Positions 29,848-39,812 of a DNA stretch of 64,000 nucleotides are shown one piece after another. Location of the stretch: positions 5,497 to 69,496 of the forward strand of contig JAQVRO010000001.1 of assembly GCA_028701035.1 (NCBI GenBank). Direction: 5' to 3'. Position 1 is the first letter of the stretch, and each line of letters starts with the position of its first letter. A program made the translations under genes and the position numbers. The notes beneath the pieces were generated by a model that saw only the letters and a program-made list of their open reading frames with translations, had not been told where the DNA came from and searched no databases. Source of the stretch: Minisyncoccota bacterium (GTDB lineage Bacteria > Patescibacteriota > Minisyncoccia > Minisyncoccales > CSSED10-335).

Positions 29848-29921
29848 TTGCGGGGGCCGGAATTGCACCGGCGCCTTAAGGTTATGGGCCTCACATGGTA
29901 CTACTCCACCACCCCGCTATA
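29848..29921. other. GC-rich (~65% GC) structured element adjacent to the tRNA cluster. tRNA-like in size, but it does not fold into a canonical cloverleaf (possible tRNA remnant or small structured RNA).
   Basis: Closed by GCGGGG...CCCCGC. Internal CCGG-AATTGCA-CCGG hairpin. A near-canonical T-loop is present on the minus reading (TGCAATT) but no anticodon arm. Confidence 0.2.
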
Positions 29922-30021
29922 TAACTACATACTAGTATATTTTTTAACTCAGGTCAAGACTTAGTCTTATCCAACGCAACGATAGCATGAAATGCCCCCC
30001 GCTTTCCAATACAAGATTCCA

Positions 30022-30148
30022 TTAAGGAGCTAAGCTCCTTAATCCAACCTCCTTAACCTATACTTCGCTTAATTAAGGAGCTTAGCTCCTTAATCCGACC
30101 TCCTTAATTTCGTTAAGGGGCTTAGCGCCTTAATCTAGGCTCCTTAAG
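30022..30148. repeat. three tandem REP-like palindromic units. Each is a TTAAGGRGCT-N-AGCKCCTTAA core plus a TCYRACCTCCTTAA tail.
   Basis: Cores at 30022..30042, 30074..30094 and 30114..30134 read directly. Same family as the repeats at 53914, 56879, 56930, 57668, 57813 and inside the RAYT gene. Confidence 0.65.
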
Positions 30149-30189
30149 ACAATCTTATTTTCATACTCATTACTGGATTAAAAAATACT

Positions 30190-30702
30190 CTACAAAAAAC
30201 CTAAACTCTTAAAAGATGTTTCGTAAACTTTAAGCACCTCTCTCACATTATCTTCGGTAAGTTTAAAATCTGGCTCTTGGATTATAGAATTTCTGGTTTT
30301 TCTAACTTCTCTTAATTCGTTGATATTAGCAATATCAATTGATGTTAATCTCTCTACTTTTTCTTCGGTTGTTTCTTCAGTATAACCCATAAACTTAAGC
30401 ATATCATCTAATAGTGCATCTGCTTCAATAACAGCAAGCTTGTATTCCGACTCAATCCCAGTATCAATCTTCTTTAAAATCTTTTTCCATTCTTTAGCGT
30501 ATTTATTGCTACCATAGGGTTTAAACATTACAAACTCAACAATATCTTCCCAAAATCTAAAACGAATCCAACTAGTTGTTGCCAAAGAGTAGAATATTAT
30601 AAAAACAAAGAATACCGACAATCCAATAAAAAGAACTCTCGCTCCTAGATAAATATATAGATAAGGATAAGGTATTAAAGATGGATCTATTAAATATTCC
30701 AT
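30190..30702 (-). CDS. hypothetical membrane protein (170 aa)
   Basis: ORF track. Two N-terminal hydrophobic helices. Overlaps the gatA start by 13 nt. Confidence 0.4.
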   Translation of the reverse strand: MEYLIDPSLIPYPYLYIYLGARVLFIGLSVFFVFIIFYSLATTSWIRFRFWEDIVEFVMFKPYGSNKYAKEWKKILKKIDTGIESEYKLAVIEADALLDDMLKFMGYTEETTEEKVERLTSIDIANINELREVRKTRNSIIQEPDFKLTEDNVREVLKVYETSFKSLGFL

Positions 30703-32099
30703 ATTTTTTCAAATTGTTTACCGGCTGATAATATTTTAGCTTCGTCAAAATGCTTACCTATTACTTGTATTCCCACTGGAAGATTATCAAGTTTTTTACA
30801 AGGCATAGACAATGCTGGAAGTCCTGCTAAGTTTATCGTAACAGTAAATATATCTAAAAGATACATCTCTAATGGATCCGTTGCCTTTTCCCCTATCTTA
30901 AAAGGAAAAGACGGAGACACTGGAGCAATTATTAAATCAACTTTTTTAAATGCATCTATAAAATCCTGACGAATAAAATGACGGACCTCGAGAGCTTTCT
31001 TGTAATATGCATCTTTATATCCAGCAGAGAGCGTGTGAGTTCCTAGAATAATTCTTCTTTTTACTTCCTTACCAAAACCATTACCTCGGTTTTGAAAATA
31101 GCTATCTATCAAGTCCTTGGCATCATCGTCCGAAAATCCATATCTCAGTCCATCATACTTACCCATATTAGAAGATACTTCTGATGATGTAATAATATAA
31201 TATGTAGAAAGAGCGTATTTAGTGTGAGGTAGAGAAATATCCACAACCTCAACTCCAAAATTACGCAACTCGTCAATGCTTTTATCAATTTCTTTTTTCA
31301 TATTCAGATCGATACCATCAATAAAATACTCTTTTGGGATGCCAACTTTTAATTTGGAAATTTCAACATTACATTCTTTAAATGAATAATCAGCCGAAGT
31401 AGAGTCTAAATTGTCCCGCCCCGAAATATTTTTGAAAACAATTTCAGCATCTTCAACATTCTTAGATATTACTCCAATTTGATCTAGTGAAGAAGCCATA
31501 GCCGCGAGCCCATAACGAGAAACTGCACCATAAGTGGGTTTAAGCCCAACAACGCCACAGAAGGCCGCTGGTTGCCTTATAGAGCCACCCGTATCAGAAC
31601 CTAGCGCCACTGTAGTTGTGCCCGAAGCTACTGCGGCCGCCGAACCACCCGAAGAACCCCCTGGAACTCTTGTTTTATCAATTGGATTTAGAGTAGCTCC
31701 AAAGAAAGAACTCTCAGTAGAAGAACCCATAGCAAACTCATCTAAATTGGTTTTACCTAAAAATACAGCTCCAGATTCTTTTAGCTTTTTAATAACACTG
31801 GCGTCGTATGGCGGAGTATAGTCTTTTAGAGCCAAAGATGCCGAGGTGCATTTTACCCCCCTGATCATAATATTATCTTTTATTGCTATAGGAATTCCAA
31901 GCAAGTCCCCTCTTTCTCCATTTTTAATACGCTCATCTGCTCTTTTAGCTTGCTCTAATGCAAGCTCTTTATTCTTTGAAATATATGCCGAGCAAGAATC
32001 TTCTTTGTTTAAGAAAAACTCAGTAAGCTCTACTGAAGAAAATTTACCATCGTATAATCCACTAGAAAGTTCTTTAATTGTCATTAACGAATAATCCAT
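30690..32099 (-). CDS. gatA: glutamyl-tRNA(Gln) amidotransferase subunit A
   Basis: Amidase signature GGSSGGSAAAVA with Ser-cisSer-Lys triad context. 469 aa. Confidence 0.9.
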   Translation of the reverse strand: MDYSLMTIKELSSGLYDGKFSSVELTEFFLNKEDSCSAYISKNKELALEQAKRADERIKNGERGDLLGIPIAIKDNIMIRGVKCTSASLALKDYTPPYDASVIKKLKESGAVFLGKTNLDEFAMGSSTESSFFGATLNPIDKTRVPGGSSGGSAAAVASGTTTVALGSDTGGSIRQPAAFCGVVGLKPTYGAVSRYGLAAMASSLDQIGVISKNVEDAEIVFKNISGRDNLDSTSADYSFKECNVEISKLKVGIPKEYFIDGIDLNMKKEIDKSIDELRNFGVEVVDISLPHTKYALSTYYIITSSEVSSNMGKYDGLRYGFSDDDAKDLIDSYFQNRGNGFGKEVKRRIILGTHTLSAGYKDAYYKKALEVRHFIRQDFIDAFKKVDLIIAPVSPSFPFKIGEKATDPLEMYLLDIFTVTINLAGLPALSMPCKKLDNLPVGIQVIGKHFDEAKILSAGKQFEKIWNI

Positions 32100-32103
32100 A
32101 TAT

Positions 32104-32370
32104 TTAAAGAATTGGTTTTACTTTTAAGAATCTACCCTCTTTGTTATTAAAAGAATTAATAATTAAATCTTTATCATCAAAATCAATTGCGACATCGTCT
32201 CTAAAAACACTACTCAAATCGCTTTGGAAATAATCTTGTTGTTTATGGGAAATATTGGCTTCCTTTAAATCATCTACATAATCTAAAACGATAGCGATAT
32301 CTTTTCTTAAATCTTCTTCCTCTTTTGGATCAAAGCTTATTCTTGCTAAATTAGAAAGTTTTTTAATCAT
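32104..32370 (-). CDS. gatC: glutamyl-tRNA(Gln) amidotransferase subunit C
   Basis: 88 aa, immediately upstream of gatA. N-terminus MIKKLSNLARISFDPKEEEDL is GatC-like. Confidence 0.75.
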   Translation of the reverse strand: MIKKLSNLARISFDPKEEEDLRKDIAIVLDYVDDLKEANISHKQQDYFQSDLSSVFRDDVAIDFDDKDLIINSFNNKEGRFLKVKPIL

Positions 32371-33437
32371 TATCTTGGAGTTTCAATCGTATCAGTGTCA
32401 ACTAATACTTCTTGAAGTTCGTCTATATTTTCTAATACGAAACCTGCGCCACGAGCAACAGCAGTTAAAGGATCGTCCACAATAGTTGTTTTAATTTTTG
32501 TTTCTTGCGTAATTAATGTGTCTAATCCCTTTAATAAACTTCCACCACCCATAAGAAATATTCCTTTATTCATAATATCAGCCAAAAGTTCGGGTGGTGT
32601 TTCTTCAACAATCATTTTTATAGTTGAAACAATTTCTTTTACCGACTTTTCCATCGCCTTCCTGGCATTTTTGTCATTAATAATTATCTCTTCGGGCAAC
32701 CCACTTACCAAATTTCTACCTCTAATCGGCATCTCTAGTTTATCTTTAAGTGGATAAGCCGATCCAATATTAATCTTAACATTTTCTGCGGTTCTTTCTC
32801 CAATTAATAGCTTGTACTCCTCTTGAGCAAATTTAATAATATCTTCGTTAAGTCTGTCTCCAGCAACTCTTAAACTTTTAGCAACCACAATACCTCCTAA
32901 AGATATTACCGCAACCTCGGTAGTTCCTCCACCGATATCTACAACGAAATTACCACCGGCATCTTGGACTGGTAAGCGTGCTCCAATAGCTGAAGCCATT
33001 GGCTCCTCAATAAGATAAACAACGCTAGCTCCGGCACTTATACCTGCGTCTTGAACTGCCTTCCTCTCTACCTCAGTTACACCAACAGGGATACCAACTA
33101 TTAATCTTGGTCTAAAGCTAAAAGGAAATTTTCTTTGATATGCTTTATCAATAAAATAACGAAGCATTTGTTCGGTTACTTCAAAGTCAGAAACAACTCC
33201 AGAAACCAAAGGCCTAGTCGCCACAATATGGGCTGGAGTTTTTCCAACCATTCTTTTGGCTTCTTCACCAATTGATAAAATCTGACCCGTTTTTTGATTT
33301 ACCGCAACTACCGAAGGTTCAGAGATTATAATACCACGACCTCGCACATAAACTAAAGAATTAGCTGTTCCTAGGTCTATAGCAATATCGGTAGAAAATT
33401 TATTCAAGCTATCAGATAAAAATTTGTTTTTAAACAT
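32370..33437 (-). CDS. mreB: actin-like rod-shape protein MreB (paralog 1)
   Basis: Actin fold phosphate-1 motif IAIDLGTANSLVYV and adenosine motif. 355 aa. Confidence 0.85.
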   Translation of the reverse strand: MFKNKFLSDSLNKFSTDIAIDLGTANSLVYVRGRGIIISEPSVVAVNQKTGQILSIGEEAKRMVGKTPAHIVATRPLVSGVVSDFEVTEQMLRYFIDKAYQRKFPFSFRPRLIVGIPVGVTEVERKAVQDAGISAGASVVYLIEEPMASAIGARLPVQDAGGNFVVDIGGGTTEVAVISLGGIVVAKSLRVAGDRLNEDIIKFAQEEYKLLIGERTAENVKINIGSAYPLKDKLEMPIRGRNLVSGLPEEIIINDKNARKAMEKSVKEIVSTIKMIVEETPPELLADIMNKGIFLMGGGSLLKGLDTLITQETKIKTTIVDDPLTAVARGAGFVLENIDELQEVLVDTDTIETPR

Positions 33438-33450
33438 ATTTGTAATTAAA

Positions 33451-34515
33451 TTATCGGAATATATCGTAAAATGTAACGATTACGAAAAGACAAAGTAAAA
33501 CAATAAAAGATCCGGCAATAAGACTCTGCTCTATCTTTTCGCTAACTGGCGAACCCTTAATCTTTTCAATAAGCAAGAATAATAACCGACCACCATCTAG
33601 GGCTGGTATTGGTATCAAATTAAATATCGCTAAAGATATAGAAACCATAACCATTACTTGCAAATAATCAATTATTCCTCGATCAAGCGCACCAACAAAA
33701 AAATCTTTAACAATGCCAACTGGACCAGCTACTTGAACTCCCGCGGGTAATTCTTCTCGAAACACAGCATTTTTAGCGCTAGTGCCTAATATTTTGACTA
33801 CATTAAATGTTATCTTGCCAGTCATTGTTGCTCCATATATTGGTGCTTCGTACCAAGGATATTTTACTGTTTCTACTCTGGCTAAGAAAAATCCAACTAC
33901 TCCGTCCTCTGCCAAAGATTGCACAACGACCTCTTCTTGTTTTTTGCCTCTCTCAATAGTTAGCGTAATAGGTTCTCCTGCATAATTGGATAAAAAGTTA
34001 CTTGCTTCATATCTTCTAGATACATCAATCTTTTCTGTGGCTGATTCCATACTTAAAATAATATCTCCCGATCCAAGACCAGCAACTGATGCCGGATAAT
34101 CCTTTTCTACACCAGTAATCATGACTTTGGCATTTGGAGATTCAACACTGTCTATGATTGCTTGAGGCATACCAATCATCGCCATAAGGGTTAGCAATAA
34201 AAAGGCTACTATCCAAAAAGCAACAACTCCGCCTAAAAGTATTAAGGCTCTTTGATATATTGGCTTTTGACTAAAGCTTCTTTCTCCGTCAGCTGCTTTT
34301 TGTTCTCCGTACATATTCACAAAAGCACCAATTGGTAGAAGATTTAAAGAGTATTCGGTCTCCCCTATTTTCTTAGCACAAATTCTAGGTGGAATTCCAA
34401 TACCAAACTCTTCAACTCTTACATTGTAATACTTGGCTACTAAAAAATGTCCTAGCTCGTGCAAAGCCACCAATAAGACTAAACTAGCAATTGAGATGAT
34501 GATATATAATAGCAT
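33451..34515 (-). CDS. rseP: site-2 zinc metalloprotease RseP family (with PDZ domain)
   Basis: HELGHFLVAKYY (HExxH) in an N-terminal TM segment, a central PDZ-like region, and the C-terminal LDGGR motif. Confidence 0.8.
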   Translation of the reverse strand: MLLYIIISIASLVLLVALHELGHFLVAKYYNVRVEEFGIGIPPRICAKKIGETEYSLNLLPIGAFVNMYGEQKAADGERSFSQKPIYQRALILLGGVVAFWIVAFLLLTLMAMIGMPQAIIDSVESPNAKVMITGVEKDYPASVAGLGSGDIILSMESATEKIDVSRRYEASNFLSNYAGEPITLTIERGKKQEEVVVQSLAEDGVVGFFLARVETVKYPWYEAPIYGATMTGKITFNVVKILGTSAKNAVFREELPAGVQVAGPVGIVKDFFVGALDRGIIDYLQVMVMVSISLAIFNLIPIPALDGGRLLFLLIEKIKGSPVSEKIEQSLIAGSFIVLLCLFVIVTFYDIFR

Positions 34516-34516
34516 T

Positions 34517-35077
34517 TTAGTTTTCCATTATTTCTTTTTTCTTTCTATCAGAAATATTTTCTATTTTCTGATTATATTCGTCGACTGTTTTTTGAAGATC
34601 ATCTTTTCCTTTGAACTTATCATCTTCTCTAATTAATCCGTCTTTAAAACCATCTTGGATCTCTTTCCAAGATTCTTCGCGAACCTTTCTTAGTGAAACT
34701 CGGGCGTCCTCGCTCTTTTCATTTAAGATTTTAACAAGATTAGTCCTAAACTCCTCTGTTAGTGGTGGTAAAAATATATTAATAGAATCTTGATCGGTTG
34801 AAGGGTTAACTCCAAGATCAGACTGAGAAATGGCCTTTTCTATTACTTGATTTAGTGTTCTGTCCCATGGCTGGATACTTATCGCTCTAGGACCCGATAT
34901 GTTTATTGAGGCGACCTGCTTAATAGGCATCTTAGTCCCATAAGAATCAACCATGATATTTTCCACCAAAGAAGTAGATGCTCGACCAGTTCTAATGCTA
35001 GAAATGTCTTTTTCGTAAAAATCAATTACTTTGTCAAAATCAATTCTTGTTTTTTTAATAATATCTTTAATATCCAT
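34517..35077 (-). CDS. frr: ribosome recycling factor
   Basis: RRF family, 186 aa. VDSYGTKMPIKQVASINI region. Confidence 0.9.
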   Translation of the reverse strand: MDIKDIIKKTRIDFDKVIDFYEKDISSIRTGRASTSLVENIMVDSYGTKMPIKQVASINISGPRAISIQPWDRTLNQVIEKAISQSDLGVNPSTDQDSINIFLPPLTEEFRTNLVKILNEKSEDARVSLRKVREESWKEIQDGFKDGLIREDDKFKGKDDLQKTVDEYNQKIENISDRKKKEIMEN

Positions 35078-35080
35078 ATT

Positions 35081-35938
35081 TTACATTTTAATAATTAATG
35101 TTTCTAAGACTATTTTCTTATTAGTATTTGTTCTTGCTATTAAGCAAATTGCGTTTTCTAACGCTACCAATACTTCACTTATTTTAGAAATTGAATAGCT
35201 AGTTTTTTCTCCATTAACAGACTTGATCATAAGGGCTCGAAAATAGCTTAACCATATTTCTAATAAATCTTGGGGCTCTTCTATTTCTTTAATATATTGA
35301 AACTTTTTAAAGACAGGCGTTTTGGGTGAAATTAAAACCATTAGCTCTTTGATCTTTTCTCGTCTCAACGATATTTTAGAATAATCATTTTTAAAATCTA
35401 TTGCAAGCCCTGGTCTTCCAAAAGAAAAAAGGGCAATCTCCTCTGCAACTTTATCTTGACAATCAAGATATGTCAAATGCTTTTTTACTTCACTAAAGCT
35501 TACTGGAAAGAATTTTATCTTAGACATTCTAGAGCGAACAGTATTTAGTAGAGAATCGCTATGATCAGTTACAAGAATAAGAACTGAATCTCCAGTTGGC
35601 TCTTCTAGTATTTTTAAAATAGAATTCTGAGCAAAATCATTCATTAAATGAGCATCGTTGATAATAACAACTTTATACTGTGCAGAGTATGGCTTCATCG
35701 AAAATCTTTCAATCAAAGAACGAATTTGACCTATTTTAATTTCCCCATCTTCGGGCTCAACAATTAATAAGTCGGGATGATTTAGATTGGGGCTAGAAAG
35801 TAATTGACTTGCAAAATCTAGGGCTACCGTTTTTTTCCCAAGACCAGATAATCCCTCAAAAAGCATCGCGTGGGGAACTTTCCCCGATTTAATCATGTTT
35901 GATAATACTTGCCTTTGTTGGCTGTGTCCGACAACCAT
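35081..35938 (-). CDS. holB: DNA polymerase III delta-prime subunit (clamp-loader AAA+)
   Basis: PHAMLFEGLSGLGKKTVALDFAS P-loop-like region and a DnaX-like box. Confidence 0.7.
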   Translation of the reverse strand: MVVGHSQQRQVLSNMIKSGKVPHAMLFEGLSGLGKKTVALDFASQLLSSPNLNHPDLLIVEPEDGEIKIGQIRSLIERFSMKPYSAQYKVVIINDAHLMNDFAQNSILKILEEPTGDSVLILVTDHSDSLLNTVRSRMSKIKFFPVSFSEVKKHLTYLDCQDKVAEEIALFSFGRPGLAIDFKNDYSKISLRREKIKELMVLISPKTPVFKKFQYIKEIEEPQDLLEIWLSYFRALMIKSVNGEKTSYSISKISEVLVALENAICLIARTNTNKKIVLETLIIKM

Positions 35939-35940
35939 AA

Positions 35941-36948
35941 TTATTTCTTAATCATTATACTTCTCTTATAGGCATCAATGTGATCCAATACCTCGCTAGT
36001 TCCCTTGGCGACGCAAACAAGTGGATCTTCGGCAATAAAACAAGGAACTCCTGTGCTCTCAGAAATCAAAACATCTATTTCTCTTAATAGTGCTCCTCCA
36101 CCAGCAACAACCATACCTTTGTCCATAATATCAGCTGAGAGCTCGGGCGGTGTATCTCGCAAAACCTGGCGAATGGCTTTAATCATTTCGTCTAGCGTCC
36201 CCTCCATTGCCTCGGCAACCTCATTAGAGCTAACATCAATATTTCTTGGCAAACCCAAGATAAGGTCTCGCCCCCTTACATTCATAGTCATTTCTTCTTT
36301 TACTGGAACTGCGGTTCCTATCTTAATTTTAATATCCTCGGCAGTTTGAATTCCAATAGCCAACTTATACTTCTTTTTTATATACTCTACTATAGACTCA
36401 TCAAGTTTATCTCCAGCTGTTCTTAGAGAGTAATATGTTACAATACCACCTAGGGATAATACTGCCACCTCTGAAGTTCCTCCACCAATATCAACAATCA
36501 TATGACCTGAGCAAGAGTTAATTGGTATACCGGCTCCAATAGCAGCCAAAACTGGCTCTTTAGTTAGGTAAACATTTTTAGCACCAGCTAGAGTGCCTGC
36601 TTCAATTACTGCTCTCTTCTCTGTTGATGTAATGCCAGCAGGAACACCAACAACTAAATCGGGTTTGAAAAAACTCCAACGCCCCAAACTCTTCTCAATA
36701 AAATAGCGAAGCATTGCCTCGGTAATCTTATACTCGGCAATGACGCCATCTCTCAGTGGACGATATACTTTTATAGTATCAGGAGTTCGGCCAATCATTT
36801 TTTTGGCCTCAGCACCAACAGCCATAACCTTGTTTTCTAAAACAGAAACAGCCACAACAGATGGCTCGTTAATAACAACACCTTTTCCCGGCACAAAAGC
36901 TAGTGAATTACATGTTCCTAAATCTATTCCAATTTTTCTTACAAACAT
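35941..36948 (-). CDS. mreB: actin-like rod-shape protein MreB (paralog 2)
   Basis: IGIDLGTCNSLAFV and an overall MreB pattern. 335 aa. Confidence 0.8.
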   Translation of the reverse strand: MFVRKIGIDLGTCNSLAFVPGKGVVINEPSVVAVSVLENKVMAVGAEAKKMIGRTPDTIKVYRPLRDGVIAEYKITEAMLRYFIEKSLGRWSFFKPDLVVGVPAGITSTEKRAVIEAGTLAGAKNVYLTKEPVLAAIGAGIPINSCSGHMIVDIGGGTSEVAVLSLGGIVTYYSLRTAGDKLDESIVEYIKKKYKLAIGIQTAEDIKIKIGTAVPVKEEMTMNVRGRDLILGLPRNIDVSSNEVAEAMEGTLDEMIKAIRQVLRDTPPELSADIMDKGMVVAGGGALLREIDVLISESTGVPCFIAEDPLVCVAKGTSEVLDHIDAYKRSIMIKK

Positions 36949-36950
36949 AT

Positions 36951-38225
36951 TTATGATTCTAAAGTTATTCTTTTAATGTCCCCCCCAATACCTTGCAATC
37001 TTTCTTCTATTTTTTCATAACCACGATCAATCTGCTCCATATTATGAATTGTGGTTATTCCTTGAGCCGCCAAACCTGCAGATATTAAAGCAGCTCCAGC
37101 ACGCAGATCAAATGTTCTTAAATCGGTTCCATATAATTGAGTTGGCCCACCAATAATTGCCCTATGAGGATCACATACAATAATCCTCGCCCCCATCTTA
37201 TTGAGTTCTTCTAAATACTTTAATCTTCCTTCATACATTGGATCATGAATTAAAGTAGAGTCTATTGTCTGAGTAGCCAAAACCCCAAACATAGACTGTA
37301 AGTCAGTTGGAATGCCTGGATAAGGAAGAGCTTGAATAGAAGCCATCTTCATATTAGAGGAACCATTGACTAATACTGTTTTGCTATCAATAATTTTAAT
37401 ATCAACCCCAAAGGACTTAAGATTTTTTATTAACAAATGCAAATAGTCTACTGGTGTATTTTTAACAATAACAGAACCACCAACAGTGGCAGTCATTAAA
37501 ATATATGTTCCCGCTTCAACATAGTCATATTGAATTGTATGTTCTGCTCCTTTTAGCTCTTTGTTTCCAATTAATTCAATTGTATGAGTTCCCTCTCCTT
37601 TAATTTGAACTCCCATCTTTTTTAAAAACAATGCAAGGTCTTGAATATGGGGCTCACAAGCTGCTAAATCAATAGTTGTTTTGTTGGGGCATAAAGCTAC
37701 CGCCATCATTACATTTTCTGTTGCCGTTACCGAGAACTCATCTAAAATAATATGGCCACCTTTTATACCGTCTTTGGCTTTCAAATAATACAATTCGTCT
37801 GATTGTTCAATAGTAACGCCGAGATCTCTAAAAGCATTCAAGTGAACATCTATTGGTCTAGCTCCGATAATACATCCCCCCGGCTTGTTAATCTCTGCCA
37901 TATTAAGTCTAGCTAACAATGGACCAATAATTAAAACCGAAGAGCGCATCTTTGTAACCAAAGATTTGTTTGTGATATTAGAAGTTATTTCTTTTGCTTG
38001 AACTTTTATCTTTCTTTCACTCAACCATTCAACCTCTGCACCCAAATCTTGAAGAAGCTCTATCATTTTAAAAACATCTTCAATCAATGGAATGTTATCA
38101 ATAATACAAGGTTGATCTGTCAAAAGTGTTGCAGCCAAAATCGGAGTTGCCGCATTCTTGGAACCCCTTACTTCTATTTCTCCTTTTAGTGGTTTTCCAC
38201 CATTAATTACAAACTTTTCAGGCAT
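36951..38225 (-). CDS. murA: UDP-N-acetylglucosamine 1-carboxyvinyltransferase
   Basis: N-terminus FVINGGKPLKGEIEVRGSKNAATPILAATLL. 424 aa. Confidence 0.9.
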   Translation of the reverse strand: MPEKFVINGGKPLKGEIEVRGSKNAATPILAATLLTDQPCIIDNIPLIEDVFKMIELLQDLGAEVEWLSERKIKVQAKEITSNITNKSLVTKMRSSVLIIGPLLARLNMAEINKPGGCIIGARPIDVHLNAFRDLGVTIEQSDELYYLKAKDGIKGGHIILDEFSVTATENVMMAVALCPNKTTIDLAACEPHIQDLALFLKKMGVQIKGEGTHTIELIGNKELKGAEHTIQYDYVEAGTYILMTATVGGSVIVKNTPVDYLHLLIKNLKSFGVDIKIIDSKTVLVNGSSNMKMASIQALPYPGIPTDLQSMFGVLATQTIDSTLIHDPMYEGRLKYLEELNKMGARIIVCDPHRAIIGGPTQLYGTDLRTFDLRAGAALISAGLAAQGITTIHNMEQIDRGYEKIEERLQGIGGDIKRITLES

Positions 38226-38268
38226 AACACTATCATATAACAGATTTAGGAAGTTGGCAAGAGGTAGC

Positions 38269-39309
38269 CTAAGGCACCATTTTCCTTGATTCCATCAACT
38301 GATTATTACTTAAAATGTATAGTTTTTTGTTTTTTTGATTGAAATATATGCTTTCGTGGTCAATATATTCTAAATCTACAGTATTGACCTTATCTCTATT
38401 ATCAATCTCAATACTTTTAATTTCTCCCGAAACATTGAAAATTAAATAATGTGAATTTAGCCAATAAAGGTCTTTAATCTTTTTAGAGACTCTAGTAAGA
38501 AATACTTGCTCCAAATCGCTTAAGAATAAAACCTTAATCTCGTTACTATTAAAATAAGCTAGTTTGTTTTTATCGGGCGATAGTATGGGATCGTTGGGTG
38601 AACTAAACAGTAATTCGTATTCTAAATCTTTATTAAGGAAATAGAAGTCGTCATCAGCCCTGACCACTATACTGTTTAAATAATATAGTTTGTATTCTAC
38701 CCCCTCTACTATTTCTAATGGCTTCATCTTCATTACCCCACTACCCTTTTTAATAAAGCCATCTTTAGTAAGAGTAATTACTTCTTTACCACTAATCATA
38801 TAAGCTAACACATCTTCATCAATAATACTTTCTTCAGGCAAATCTTCTATGTCTCCACTAATACTGTAAGTTGAGTCATCTAGTGTAACTACACCATTAG
38901 AAAAATCTAAAACGTTTTCTTCAATAACAACAAATCCTAAATCTTTTGGTAATAATGTAATGTTATTAGCCTCAGTTACTTTCTTAGGATTAACATCGAG
39001 ATTCTTCTCCCAAGAATGATAACCATCTTTACTCACGACAACTCTGTATTTTTGAGGAATTAAATTCTCAATATATGATGTTCCAAAAAAGAAACTCGTT
39101 TCTTTTTCAATCACTAATTGATCTTTTTTAGTAATTGATATTTTAGCTTCGCGAGGTGTAACATAGAAATAAAAAGCTCCAGTTTGGACAATTTCAAAAT
39201 TATCGAAATCAAATCGATATCCTTGAGAATAGAAAACTACTGTCGGTGCAAAGATTAAAAAAAGCAAAGTAGTAACAGTAAAAAGAATGTTTCTTGTTTT
39301 TTGAGTCAT
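38269..39309 (-). CDS. hypothetical envelope protein: N-terminal TM anchor, PEGA-like domain and C-terminal beta-propeller-like region
   Basis: KYRVVVSKDGYHSWEKNLDV resembles the PEGA motif. SPDKNKLAYFNSNEIKVLF resembles TolB-type propeller blades. This assignment is weak. Confidence 0.4.
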   Translation of the reverse strand: MTQKTRNILFTVTTLLFLIFAPTVVFYSQGYRFDFDNFEIVQTGAFYFYVTPREAKISITKKDQLVIEKETSFFFGTSYIENLIPQKYRVVVSKDGYHSWEKNLDVNPKKVTEANNITLLPKDLGFVVIEENVLDFSNGVVTLDDSTYSISGDIEDLPEESIIDEDVLAYMISGKEVITLTKDGFIKKGSGVMKMKPLEIVEGVEYKLYYLNSIVVRADDDFYFLNKDLEYELLFSSPNDPILSPDKNKLAYFNSNEIKVLFLSDLEQVFLTRVSKKIKDLYWLNSHYLIFNVSGEIKSIEIDNRDKVNTVDLEYIDHESIYFNQKNKKLYILSNNQLMESRKMVP

Positions 39310-39322
39310 AAATTATGTTAAA

Positions 39323-39347
39323 TATCCTGCTACTAGGTAGCAGGATA
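39323..39347 (-). terminator. intrinsic terminator after rpsI
   Basis: Inverted repeat TATCCTGCTAC-TAGG-TAGCAGGATA followed by a T-rich run on the minus strand. Confidence 0.5.
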
Positions 39348-39359
39348 CTCGTAAGCAAA

Positions 39360-39812
39360 CTATCTCTTCTTCCATTGAGGAGCTCTTCTAGCTCTCTTGA
39401 GACCAAACTTCTTTCTTTCTCTTTGTCTTGGATCTCTAGTTAAGAATCCTGCTCTTCTTAGTCTTTTTCTAAACTCTTCGTTAAATTCTACCAATGCTCG
39501 AGAAATTCCGTGTCTTACTGCTTCGGCTTGAGAGTTAACTCCACCACCATGAACTTTAACCGATACCATAAACTTATCGTCACAATTCATTCTTTTTAGT
39601 GGAGAAATACAAATTTCTTGAAGAATTTTGGTAGTAAAGTATTTGTCAAATGATTTATCATTAACTGTTATCCCTTTGTCTCCTTTGGTATACATTCGAA
39701 CTCGAGCAACCGATGTCTTTCTTCTTCCAATAGTTTCAATATATCCTTTTACCTCGACAACTTCGGGCTCTTTTACTTCTTCCTTTTTGATTGTCTTTTT
39801 TTCTTCAGCCAT
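39360..39812 (-). CDS. rpsI: 30S ribosomal protein S9
   Basis: C-terminus ...RRAPQWKKR is typical of S9. 150 aa. Confidence 0.9.
   Translation of the reverse strand: MAEEKKTIKKEEVKEPEVVEVKGYIETIGRRKTSVARVRMYTKGDKGITVNDKSFDKYFTTKILQEICISPLKRMNCDDKFMVSVKVHGGGVNSQAEAVRHGISRALVEFNEEFRKRLRRAGFLTRDPRQRERKKFGLKRARRAPQWKKR

Noticed and set aside
29848-29921. Third tRNA of the Asp/Met cluster
   Set aside because: Could not build acceptor, D and anticodon arms simultaneously on either strand. The T-loop has G at position 55. Reported only as an unexplained structured element.
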